A stretch of DNA of 64,000 nt from Camelus ferus (Eukaryota): the NCBI RefSeq assembly GCF_009834535.1, contig NC_045697.1, forward strand, positions 78,866,001 through 78,930,000. The letters run 5' to 3'. Position numbers and translations under genes: made by a program. The notes beneath the pieces are model-generated. The model was not told where the DNA came from, did not search any database, and saw nothing but the letters and a program-made list of their open reading frames with translations. This document shows, one piece after another, positions 27,520 to 39,720 of this stretch (position 1 is the first letter of the stretch; each line of letters opens with the position of its first letter).

Positions 27520-28200
27520 CAATTTGTATAATTATGATTAATCTCTGTCTCGTTCATGCAACTGTAAGGTTCCTTAGAAAAGAGATCATGTCTACTTTTC
27601 CTCTTTAATTTATCCCCACTGCCAAAGACAGTGTCTTGGTCTAGAAAACATGCACATTAAAAAAAATGTGCTAAATGTTTATCACTGAGTTGGAAATATA
27701 TTAAGTCTTGTAGGATTTCAGAGGGGAAAAGACTGCTTCCAGTTGTAGTAATTGTAGAAGACTGTGTAAAGCAAATAGCTCTTAAGTTGACCTTGAAGAA
27801 TGAGTTAGAATTTCAGTAGGTGGGGTTAAAAATATTTGTTTGAATGCTGGAGAGCAAGGGGATGAAGCTGGGGAAGGAAAGATATCGGGCAGATAAGATA
27901 ACATAAGTAAAGATGTGGGGGCTAAAATATAAGCATACTCAATTACAGCAAGCAAATTGGCTGAAGTGTGGGGTTGGGAAGAATAATTTTGTGGAGAATA
28001 AAGGAAAAGGAAGCTAAGATCAGATCAAAATTCAGGAAGCCTTGAAATTCAGACTTGATGTGGAAGGTTTAAACAGGGGATGAAGTAGCAATTTATGAAC
28101 CTAAATCTAGCAATGGACTACAGAATAGTTACTGCAATAAAATAACGATAGCAGGAAAGCCAGTTAAGAGAGAATTGCAAAAATCTAAGAGGGAAATAAA
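27520..28200. mobile_element. L2 LINE fragments (a sense 3' tail, then an antisense body)
   Basis: actgtaaggttccttagaaaagagatcatgtct...acagtgtcttgg (L2 tail) and agttgaccttgaagaatgagttagaattt (antisense L2). Confidence 0.55.
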
Positions 28201-29026
28201 TAAAACCCTGACAATGTTCCTTTTCACCAATTCCTGAAAATGTTCCCTGAAGTCAGTAAATTGTTTAATTTGGGGGCTAAAGTGATTTTACAGATCATCT
28301 TGTCCAAAAGCTGTATTTTATGGTTTAGAAAACTGAGGGCCAAAAGATTCAATGACCTGCCCAAAACTGCAAAGCCAAGATTGGATGTGGCTCTCCCTAC
28401 TTCCAGCCCAACTGTTCTTTCTATTATAGATGTGTGCTTCCCTCAAGATGACTCTTTAAATTAAAAGGAATTAACAAAGAAACAAATACAGAATTAGGAC
28501 CTTTATTGCTATTTCACTAACCGAACAGTAACCTTATTTAATAGATCTTCCTTGCCACACAGACATCCCGCTGAAGCATTGTAATAAATGTAATAAAAGG
28601 AGAGATTAGGGCAAACATCGGTGGGAAGACATTAATTAGAGGAGGACCTCACCAATTCTCAGTTGACTAATCCTCAAACCCTGTAATTCTCATAAGAAAA
28701 CTGGCAATCTTGCTTTACTTCTTATCAAAGAGACTTTCCAGCTAAAGAGAGTGGCAGGCTCAAGTAATCAGAATCTCATTAATTTTATTAAATATACTAT
28801 AAAGTCCCATAATAAATAATTAAGCCCTATTAAACAGATATTTGATAGTACATTTTATCCCTTCTTATTTATAGACACAAATAAAATGACAGTGCTTACA
28901 ATGAAAATCATAAAACATAATTGTTGTTATTGATGATAATAATACCTTATGTTTGTTTTAGAGATTTAAAGCTTTTCAAGCATGACTGTTGCATCATAAT
29001 TGCCATACAAAGCATTTATGCCTTAA

Positions 29027-29270
29027 TCTATATAAAGTTTCCAGCTGCTGTTACAGCATCACTTGAAAATAGACAGATTTTCACCAAATTTGGCATGTAT
29101 GTTTGTGATGACTTGACCTCAGGAGTAATAATAATTGTTCAACATGTCCAATGAGGAGGACCCTGCTTAGTGTAGCTTCAAACACCGTGGACAGTTGCTG
29201 AAAGCCATCATTATCCAGAAACTGCCAGCAGTGTTTGAAGCTATACCAGGCAGTATCAATATAGATGTAG
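29027..29270 (+). mobile_element. Probable ancient non-autonomous Helitron (Helitron_Mam-like)
   Basis: 5' a|TCTATATAAAG. Internal agacagattttcaccaaatttggc. 3' gaagctataccaggcagtatc...GTAG|t, read as a decayed hairpin plus CTAG end inserted in an A|T site. No TSD seen. Confidence 0.55.
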
Positions 29271-29535
29271 TCTCCACGTTTACTAGAGTTCAAGCTAGGG
29301 TTTGTTTCTTTTTTCTATTTATTGAAAATGTTAAAGGTTCTAGAAATTGTTTATTCTTTTACCTATATTATTCATTTCCATTTGTAAGGATAAACGTTTC
29401 TCGCTACTAGTAAAATTCATAGTTCTGTAATTTTTTATTTTAGTTTTGACTGTGCCTGAGTTACAAATGCAACACAGAATGTTATCATTTTCAACAGAAT
29501 CACAGTATTTTGCATATAGCCATTAAATCAATTGA

Positions 29536-30120
29536 TATGGTAGGCAGAATGGGCCCCCAAAGTATGCCCATGTTCTAATTCCGGTAACCTGTCAATATGC
29601 TAATTTGCATGGCAAAAGGAACTTTTCAAATGTAACTAAATTCACAGATCTTAAAATAGGGAGATTATCATGGATTTTCCATGTGATTTTCCAATCTAAT
29701 CACATGAGTCATTAAAAGCAGAGGACCTTCTCTGGCTATAGACAGGGAGATGCTGCAGAAGTCAGAGATTTGAAACATAATTCGGACTCAGCTCACCACT
29801 GCTAAAGGGGGCCTCATTAAGGCAAGAGAAAAAAATGCAAGCAGTCCCTAGGAACAAAGACAGGCCCCAGCTAACAGCTAACAAGGAAATGTGGATCTCA
29901 GTCATACAACCACAAGGAAATGAATTTAGACAATAATCTGACTGAGCCTGGAAGCAGATTTTTCTCCAGAACCTCCATTAAGGAATGCAGACCAGAAAAG
30001 CCTCAATTTCAACCTTGTGAGACCCTAAGCAGAGGATCTAGCCAAGTCCACTAGAACTTCTGACCTACAGAAACTGAGAAATAATACATTTGTATCATTT
30101 AAAGTTGCTGAGTGTGGTAG
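29536..30120 (+). mobile_element. MaLR LTR (MLT1D/E-like), 3' end cut off by an L1
   Basis: tggtaggcagaatgggcccccaaag...catggcaaaaggaactt...gggagattatc...caaggaaatgtggatctcagtcatacaaccacaaggaa...ttctgacctacagaaactgaga. Confidence 0.88.
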
Positions 30121-32823
30121 ACTGATGTCAGCATCATGGCAGTATTAAATGCTCTCCCTTTCTTCTTCAATCTACAACTGGTAAAACATCCATAATTGAA
30201 CAGAGGTTCCTCTGCCCAACACACCAGGACACCAGAAAAATCCACACATCTGTACATCTGTAGATGGGCAGATTGAAACACATAGGGGAGATGGAACCAG
30301 GGGAAGAGACCACAATCCCAGCCTCCCAGCTGAAGTGGCTGAGCCTACAGCCCCAGGGAACCTGGCAGTGAAAGTAGAGGTGATGCACATGATACTGGCC
30401 TCCCCACAAAAGCAGCAAACACAACCACAGCAACCACAACCGCAGAGAATCAAGCAGCAGTGACAGCAGGGCCTGAAACCGCACCCCCTCTAGCCACTTG
30501 GAGCCCACAGCTCCAGTCCCCTGCCCATAGGGGCAGCGCTAAAGACCCTGACAATCCCATATGCAGTTGAGGCGCCAACTACCCCAGCTCCCCAGTCGTC
30601 CTCCCTCTCCCTCTGCTGAAGCAGCATTGCCTATGACTCAGGCACCCCAAGACACAGAGGAGGTGCCCTCCATTCCAGTGCCTTCAGCTGTGATGCCAGA
30701 AACAGCAGCACAACACCAGCAGCAGCAAGGCACCAGCCACTCCAGAGAGACAATTAGTGATGATGTGAATACCAGGGATACCTTTGCCAGAGGCAGTGGA
30801 AGGGGGAAGTGCAGAATCTCAAATATAGCCAGAGGCAGTTCAGGTAAGAGAAACCAAAAACTTGTGCTATAGCACCACCTACTGAAAAACAAAAGAAATG
30901 CCTCAAATTACAAATCTGTTGAATTGCTAGTCAAGTAAAAAAAAAAAGCTTTACCTAAAGGTGTTTACTACTTCTAATGCACTAGCAGAGGAACAACTCA
31001 TCAAGCACCATGAAGACCACAGTAACATGGTATCACAAAAAGAAAACAATAATTTTCTAGAAACCAAACTTAAAATCACAAAACTTGTGATAAAACTGAT
31101 AAAGAATACAAAATAGCTATTAGGAAGAAACTCAATGAGCTACAGGAAAACTCAGAAAAAGCAGATCAATGAGCTCAAAAATAAAATTAATAACAAGAAG
31201 GAAAATCTCTTCCCCAAAGAGACTGAAATTCTCAAAAAGAACCAGTCAGAAATTCTGGAGCTGAAGAGCTCAACAAATGAGATGAAGAATGCATTAGAAA
31301 TCTTTGGAAATAGGGCAGACTATAAAGAAGAGAGAACTAGCAAGCTCAAAAAGTAGAAATATAAAAATGATTCTGGTAGAAGGGGACAGAGAACTAAGAT
31401 TTTTTAAAAGTGAAGAAACTCTATAAGAACTATCTGACTCCATTAAAAGGCAGCATAAGGATAATGGGTATCCTAGAAGGAGAAGAGAGGGAGAAAGGAC
31501 CAGGGAGTTTATTTAAAGAAATAACAGCTGAGAACTTCGCAAATCTGGGGAAGGAACAGGAAATACAAGCCCATGAAGCTAATCAAACACTTAATTTTAT
31601 CAATGCCAAAAAACTTTCTCCAAGACATATTATATTAAAACTGTCAAAAGTCAATTATAAAGAATGAATTTTAAAGGCAGCTAGGGAAAAAAAGATAGTA
31701 ACCTACAAAGGAACCCCCTCTCCATACTATAAGCAGATTTCTCAGCAGAAACTCTACAAGCCAGGAGAGAATGGAATGAGATGGTTAAACTGTTGAAAGA
31801 TAAAAATTTTCAGCCAAGAATATTCTATCCAGCAAAGTTATTCTTCAGATATGTGAGAAATAAAGTCTTTCCCAAACAAAAGCTGAATGAGTTCATCATC
31901 ACTAGACCTGCCTTACAAGGAATGTTGAAAGCAGCTCTTCTACCTGAGTAGAAAAGGAAAAAGGGACACAAAACTTGGAGGAAAGCAGTAAATAGAATCA
32001 GAAAATGCAATGCTATATCAGAATATGTTGCTAAACACTTGATTAGCATAAAGGCTAAAGGGGGAAAAGCATTAAAGTAACTATAGCTACTTCAATTTAG
32101 TAACAAACACAACATAAAAATGGTGAAAACTGAAAGTTATCCCTCTAAGATGAGGAACAACACAAAGATGCCCACTCTCACCTCTCTTATTCAATATAGT
32201 TTTGGAAGTCCTAACCAGGGCAGTTATGTAAGAAAAAGAAGTAAAAGGCATCCAAATCAGAAAGAAAGAAGTAAAACCGTCGCTATTTGTGGATGAAAAC
32301 CCTACAGACTCCATGAAAAAACTATTAGAAATAATAAACAAATACAGTAAAGCTGTAAGGTACAAAATCAACATTTAAAAATCTGTTGTGTTTCTACACA
32401 CTAACAGAAACGGCACAAAGAGAAATTAAGAAAACAATCCCATTTACAATCACAACAAAAAAATAAAATAACCTTAACCAAGGAAGTAAAAAGATCTGTA
32501 CACTGAAAACTATAAGATATTGTTAAAAGGAAACTGAAGAAGATACAAAGAAACAGAAAAATACTCTGTATTCATGGATTGGAAGAATTAACATTGTTTA
32601 ACATGTCCATATTACCTAAAGCAATCTACAGATTCAATGCAATCCCTATCAAAATCTCAATGACATCTTCACAAAAATAGAACAAAAAAAAATCCCAAAA
32701 TTTGTATAGAACCTCAAAAGACCCCGAGTAGCCACAGAATAATCCTGAGGAAAAAAGATAAAAGCTGGAGGTATCACACTCCTTGATTTCAAATTATACT
32801 ACAAAGCTATAGTAATCAAAACC
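30121..32823 (+). mobile_element. LINE-1 with 5'UTR, ORF1 and part of ORF2 (RT region); internally deleted and 3'-truncated
   Basis: GC-richer 5'UTR starting actgatgtcagcatcatggc. ORF1 pieces (IRIMGILEGEEREKGPGSLFKEITAENFANLGKE...PRHIILKLSK). At ~32115 it jumps to RT coding sequence (gatgcccactctcacctctcttattcaatatagttttggaagtcct = [15 protein letters not shown]; ctatttgtggatga = decayed LFADD). Ends abruptly at gctatagtaatcaaaacc. Confidence 0.9.
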
Positions 32824-33189
32824 ACTGTGAAGAAAAAGAAAAGGAAAATGATTTAAACAAATACTTAAGGCTTAAAAGTTCAAGAATTGTTTGGGAACTA
32901 AGTATTCCAATATGAAAACCATGCTTTGGAAAGATTAATGAGGCCATAAAAATTCAGGAAATGTTTGGAGTGAGGAAGAGATCAAAAGTAGAAAAATTTA
33001 GGATGACACTGCAATAATCTGAGCATGGGAAGCCTAAATCAATGAAGAATGAGCATAAATAGAAAAGGAAAAACAATGCTTGAGGATTAGCAAAAGACTA
33101 TAAGAAAATACTACTTATTAACAAATAAAGTAATCTGGCATGTTATACTAAAGGTAATTGACTCTAAGATTTTAAGCACTTTATATTTC

Positions 33190-36100
33190 ATCTTTTCTTC
33201 TGTCACTTTTGGTTGTGTTTTTAGAGGAATTTATCCATTTCATTTGATTGTCAAAGTTATCCATGTAAAGCTATTCATAGTATCTCCTTAATACCTTTCT
33301 AATGCCTTTAATATCTGCAATAATATTGTTTTTTTCATTATTAATATTGATTACTTGTGTTCTCTTTTTCTTTATCAGTTGTATAAGGAGCTTTTCAATT
33401 GCAGTAATATTTTCAAATAACCAAATTTTGACCGTCAATTTTCTTTAAGTTTACTTTCTTCTTTATTTTAGTTCTTATCTTTATTATTTTCTTCTTGTAT
33501 TTCTGTTCCATTATTTTGTTGTAATTTTTTCTAACTTACTGAGATGGAAGCATTAGTACATTGGTTTTCAGCTTTTCCTTTTCTCTATTGTATGTATTTA
33601 ATGTTATAAATTTCCATCTAAGCTCTGCTTTAGCTGCATTCCATAAATTTTGATATGCCATGTTTTTGTCATTTAATTTAGAATACTTTTTTAAACTTAT
33701 TATGATTTCTTTCTTGACCTAAAGACTTTTATATGTATTTGAAGTTAAAGACAATTGTAGAATCTTTGTTTCCTTTTTATTACTGATTTCATTAACTTTA
33801 GGAAAATATATTCTGAATTATTTCCAGCTTTTGAAATTTACTGTGACTTTTTTATGGTCCAGATGATAGTAAGTTTGATAAATATTCCATGTGCATTTGA
33901 AAGGAATGTGAATTCTGACATTGTTTGGTACAGAGTTTTATCTATGTTAATTAGATCAAATATGTTAATTGCACTATCCCCACTAAGATTTTTGTCTGCT
34001 TTTTTTCTCAGCTATTGGAAGGTCTATAAAAGTCCACCCACTCTAATTGTAGATTTGTGTATTTTGTATTTGTGACTTGTTTTTTTCTAATGTCATTAAA
34101 CTGTTACATACATAGATTTAAGACTGTGATACTATTCTGATGGGTTTCTATTTATCATTTTTTTAAATGTCCCTGTTTATCTCCATAATACTTTTTAAAT
34201 TAAAGTGTAATTTCTCCAGCATTATTTATTTCAAGTTAGTGTATACATTATATACCTCTTTTTATTCTTTCATTTTTTTGTCTTAGAATTGAGATGACTC
34301 TCTTTAGGGTGTGGGTACAGCTCAGTGGCATAGCATGTGCTTATTAGCATGTATGAGCTGACTCTCTTTAAAATATCACTTAGTTTGTTTTTCCTCTGGT
34401 CTGATAATCTTAGCATTTTTCTTGGTAAATTTAGTCTAGTTACATTAATTTAAATACTGATATAATGAAGTTTGCATCTCTCATCTTATTATCTTACTAT
34501 TTTTTTCTATCTGATCTATTTGTTTTCCATTTGTTTTTTATTCTTCCTTGCTTTCTTGTGAACACAACAAACTTTATTATTCCATTTTCTGATTTATTAA
34601 CTTGTTATACATGTATTCTTCTCGCCATAACCATACATACTATAACATGCAGACTTAACTCATGATATTCTCATGTAAATTATTAATACTTCTCTGAAAA
34701 ATGCTAACATCTTAAAGCACATTAATTCCAACTTTACCTCTTCCTGCCTTTTATTTTAATTTTATAAATATTCTACAAATACTTAAAACTCCATCAGGCA
34801 TTATTTTGTACAGTAAATATTTACCCACACAATTACCTTTTCCAATTCTCTAACTTTCTTCTTAAATTTCTGTTTTCTTCTCACATTTCTGTTTTCTTCT
34901 CTAGGAGTATTTCCTTCATCCCTAAGAACTCTCTTTGGTATTTACTTTAATGCAGGCCTTCTTATGACATATTCTTTCAGTTTTGATTTGCTTAAAATAT
35001 CTTTATATCATACTTCATTTTTGAAGGACGTTTTTCTGGACATGCAATTCTAGGTTGGCAGTCATTTTCTTTTAACTCTTTCAATATTGCCTTTTGACTT
35101 TCATCATTTCTGTTGAGAAGTTACCTGTCAGTCTTAAAGTTATTTCTCTAAAAATTTTCTTTGTCCTTGGTTTTCAGCAGTTTGACTATGGTGTGTGTAT
35201 GTTGGCTTTCTCTGTTTGATTTCTGTATTTATCTTCTTTGGGACTGGCTGAGACTTTCAAATCTGTGAGTTTTTGTTTTTTTACCAGTCTTAGAATGTAC
35301 TCAACCATCTTCCCTTCAAATATACTTCTTCCCAATTTTCTCTTTTCTTTTGCTGTCACTCCAATCACAAAAAACATTAGCTCATTTCACAGTTTACCAC
35401 ATTTCTTATACTTCGTTCTATTTCATATGTTCTTTTTTGCTTTAAGTTGAGTATTTTCCTATTGCCCTATATTATACTTCACTAATCCTGTCATCTGATA
35501 TAACTAACCTGCTGTTAAACCCATTTATCTTGTTCTTAATTTCAGATACTGTGTTTTCAAATTTTGTTTCCTATTTACAAATTATAACTTTATTTTGAAA
35601 TTCTCCCTATTTTCACTGATTTTGCCTACCTTTTCTTCTCTCCTCTTGAATATATGTATAGTAAAGTTCTTATCCACTAACTTCAATATCTAGATCCACC
35701 TAAGGCCTCTTTTTAGTATTGACTTACTTACTTTAAGTTATTGGTTATATAGCCCTGTCTTTTAACATGCTTAATAATTTAAAGTTATTTCTGGGTATTT
35801 TGTATTAAAAATAAAGGTATCTCTGGTGATGTTATCTTCCATCTTTTGGGGTTTAGCTTTTCCTTGGCTGGCAAATACAGTGGGAGGCAGAGTGGATAAC
35901 TGATCACCTTATCCAACCAGGGACTGAGATGGATTGAGTTTGGGCTGCAATATACCTCTGTTTCATCTCTATCTATAGAGCATGGCCATCTAAGAATTTC
36001 AACTGAGAAAATGTCTTTGTCCCTGGAACACTAGAGTTTGCTATGATTTCTGCTCTGCTTTTTAGAATTCTTTTAGAAATCCTGATTCTGTAGTCTTCCA

Positions 36101-36200
36101 CCTCGCATAGCTTTAAATTTTGCCAAATGTTTTGAGGGGAGACTAGCTGTGTGTTTGAGATGACTCAAGTCTCTAATCTTGTTACTCCAGTTCTATGCAA
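33190..36200 (-). mobile_element. Old LINE-1 (L1M4/L1ME-like), ORF1 and ORF2 5' region, antisense
   Basis: T-rich antisense L1 motifs: ttataaatttccatctaagctctgctttagctgcattccataaattttga; aatattccatgtgcatttgaaaggaatgtg; cttcatttttgaagga...aattctaggttggcag...tttctgttgagaagt. Confidence 0.8.
34307..34357 (+). mobile_element. Tailless 5' half of a tRNA-Ala-derived SINE (or tRNA) flanked by a 16-bp TSD
   Basis: gggtgtgggtacagctcagtggcatagcatgtgcttattagcatgtatgag matches the 5' half of the SINE at 42362. Flanks gagatgactctcttta (34291-34306) and gagctgactctcttta (34355-34370). Confidence 0.85.
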
Positions 36201-36204
36201 CTGA

Positions 36205-36515
36205 CATGGGGTTGTGAACATTTAAGCCTAAAGCTTCTGGAAGTTATATTGCTATACTACTAGCCTGCTGCACCATGATGGTGGTCTATATTGCTATGAT
36301 GAGAAAACAGTCTGCCTGAAAATGGAGCCAATAAAAAGGAAATGTAAAAATACAGAAAGACTGGGAATGATGACATTGTTTGAGTCCCTGGACTCAGTGA
36401 AGCTTGAAACTAGTACTATACCTCATCTTTCCAATTATGTCAGTCAGTAAGTCTCATTTTTGCTACTTGGAATTCAGCTTCCAATCACTTGAAACTGAAA
36501 TAATCCTAACAGATA
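36205..36515 (+). mobile_element. MaLR LTR fragment (MLT1J/K-like)
   Basis: tctgcctgaaaatggagccaa...tgatgacattgtttgagtccctggactcag...tcacttgaaactgaaataatcctaacagata. Confidence 0.65.
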
Positions 36516-39384
36516 TAATCACTAAATTGGCATTTGCCATATGCCAGTTTTCAGTCCAGTTTGTCTCTTTTTTTTTTCCCCTCAGGTGAAAGTCACTACT
36601 ATCTTCTTCCTCTTCCATCAGTTTGGGTTCAAACATATTTGAATACAATTAGGCAGTCCCAACAGAAATATATTTATATAAAAGGCTTAGAGACCTCTAA
36701 AGGAAAAACAAATCTATCCAAAAAGAAAGAAAATAGGCATAAGCATGGTCCAGAAACAGAACTTTACAGAGTTATAAGGAAGGAGTAATTCTGGATAATT
36801 AACTAGACTGTTTGAGGAGCTCATGGAGGACACCATTTGGGGATTTTCAGCAGTAGCCAATGGTGGAAGATTTGCTGGTGACTATGGTCAAAATTATTAG
36901 GCAGGAAAAGGAACTAGCGAAACAAAGATGATCATTACTAAAAATGACCTCCTTTTGGACTCCAACCTAAGATACTGGAGGAATCTTGGTTTATTTCATT
37001 CTACTACTGGCTTACTACTAGCCTGCTGCACCATGATGGTGGTCTAACTTGTATCTCTTGGCATCCTCAGAACCTGACATTACTTTGCACATAATAGGTT
37101 TATAAATATTTTTAGAAAGATATTCATGTAAAGGGAAAAGGCATTAGATTGAAAATGAAAAGATAAAAATTCTATTCCCAAGTTCATCAAATACATCTTT
37201 ATGACTCTAGCTAAGCCGTTCAGGAACCCTGTAACCTGTCGATTCCAAAGTTTCTGAACACTCCATACCTACTTTTTAGGAACTCTGCTGACCCTAACTT
37301 CTGTCAGTAAGTAATAATGACAGAAACTTTCTACAGGAACTACATTACTCAGTCTTAACTGCTCAAATTCTATAGCAGCAGTATCACATTATGTTCCAGA
37401 GCCTAAAAGATAGAAAAATATTTCCTTATAATTAAAATAACACTGAATTATGAGCATATCTTCTTTTTGTCCTGAGTACCAAGAGACATGCAGAAGAGTG
37501 AGCAGAAAGGTAAACAAAATCTTTCTCTTATGAGCATAAAAGAAATGACAGTAGAATATAGAATGAGTAAGTACTAAGAAAAGGACACTAAGATGAATCA
37601 AGCTTTCTCTGGATCACCTCATATGAAGCATATACAATTCTTTTTTGAAAGATAATTTACATAAAACCGCATTACACGTACAACCACTTTCCATGACAGT
37701 TCTGGTGACATACAGAAACACATCTGAATTTGATTCTGTAAAGCATGTAATTTAAACATTGGCACAATGCTCTAAGTGGGACCATAAAATCTGTGCTGAA
37801 GGGTCCAATGTATAGGTGAAATCCCATTATAATGAAATTCTTTCAATTAATTAGGTAATTTTATCCCAAACCATGCTATGGTTACTATATATTAAGTGCT
37901 GTTATCCAGTGAAGTGCTGTTTCTCACTGTTTTTTTGTTATTTTCATTGTAAATAAATTCAAGAGCACTACAACCACATATGAATCAGTACATTTTAATG
38001 CCTTATTTAAAAATCCATGTTTAAAGTAATGTTGCTTTGTCACTGCCACTGTAAAAATTTTGAAAACTATGTAAGTGGTCACACCTTTTAACAAGAAATG
38101 CATGGTTCATAATACATTAAATATTTTAAAGACATACAAACTAAACCGAACTAAACTAAACTGAACGTGAATCCTGTGGGCTAAGCGTATGGGTTCCCAG
38201 TCAAAATAGATGCCACCCTACATAATGCCTGGTGTCTATGCCAGAATTCTTTATAATGCTATTATTAGAGCTCTTAATAGTCAAAGACATCTTCATCTGA
38301 AGCCTTCTTCTAGAAAACATATCCTATTTAATAAATTAGGTGTAAAGCTCTTTTAAACTGCTTTGGACTTTATTTATCTAAAGTATATTTTGCATAAAAA
38401 TCTATATCAGAAGTATTTCACCCAGGCAAAGATATATGAAAATCAAACGGTCTTTCTCTTATTTTATTTCTTCATATTTCCCCCTGCCCTTCCTAGATAT
38501 AATAACCTATTTCTGAGGTAATACATATAATTCTGTGACAAATCCACTTCAGCCTTAGTAATGCCCTTCGTTTTGACTTCAAAACATTCACTGGCTCTCA
38601 TGGATTTGTACTATTTAACACCCAGATAAAGGTAAGCCGCCTTTTTTAATAAGGATGGATTACATTTTCTTGTTACATGCTCTTATTCAATTGGATTTTT
38701 TCAATTTAAGCACATCTATTCTAGGAGAAAAATGTAATGTTCAGTCTGAGAATAATTGTAGTTATTAGAAAAGTAAATATGATGAAACACAAAGTAATAT
38801 AAATTGAAATTATCTGATTAAATTACTATAAAAGACTAGTATTTCCATGGAAAAACAGGAAAAACAAAGTAGTTACGTGCTCTATATTTTATTTCTCCTT
38901 TTTCTGTTATAGGACAATGTTATAACTTGCACCTTCTCATAATCAGATATGTATGGAAGATGTGGGGATATTTTAATTAGAAATGGAAGTTTGGGGCACG
39001 TACAATGAAAGAGATACTACGGCATTGTATGTTGAGAGATTGATATGATTCCTAGACTAACACGTCTTACTTCTTTTATGGATGTTCTTTTTGAATACCA
39101 ATTCTAGATTAAGCCTCTAGATTTTCAGATGTACTAGTCCTTATATTTAGATAACATGACTAAGTCCATTAAAACTTACTTCAATTGTGTAGTGCTCGCG
39201 TAAATGCAAATAAAAAACACTTTACTGAGACCTATTCTGCTCAGTTTGAAACCATTAAAAATGCAATCCCATATCACTGATAAATATTTTAAATTGCTTA
39301 CTTAAATTACTTAAACACTTAAATACTATAAGTCTGTGACAACCATAATAATGAAATTGGCTATGGTGTTTTCAAGATCTACAT

Positions 39385-39720
39385 GATACACATAGTACCA
39401 ATCATCTTCCCTAAGTTTTCCACAAACCTTGCAAGTATCCTGCAGGATAGGTTTGCTGACCCTTCTTCCAAGTGAGGAAACTAAGACTCAGAGATGTGAT
39501 GTGTCTAACTTCAAACTGCTCAACTAACTAGTTCAAGTAGTACTTGAACCTGGTGAACCCAATTTTAAAGTGTAGGATCAGTCCAGTGCACCATTTAGCC
39601 TCTCTCATTCCTGGTCCCCAGTTCGGATGAATCCCAGCATTATCTCTGCTCAGCACCTAGCATGGAGCCTGACATCCAGCGAGTGCTTAGTAAATGCTCA
39701 AAGAATGAATGAATGGATAC
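39385..39720. mobile_element. MIR (antisense) followed by an L2 3' tail
   Basis: aagtgaggaaactaagactcagagatgtga (MIR core); cagcacctagcatggagcctgacatccagcgagtgcttagtaaatgctc...gaatgaatgaatg (L2 tail). Confidence 0.7.

Noticed and set aside
29081..29410. Overlapping 70-aa ORFs that look exon-like
   Set aside because: No convincing splice-site pair or recognisable protein. Better explained by the Helitron-like repeat.
30099..30892. Longest ORFs in the track (113, 103, 93 and 84 aa; Cys-, Gln- and Pro-rich)
   Set aside because: They lie in the GC-richer L1 5'UTR, where stops are rarer. No splice or domain support.
31135..32374. ORFs with L1 ORF1/ORF2 similarity
   Set aside because: Broken pieces of a dead L1, not host genes.
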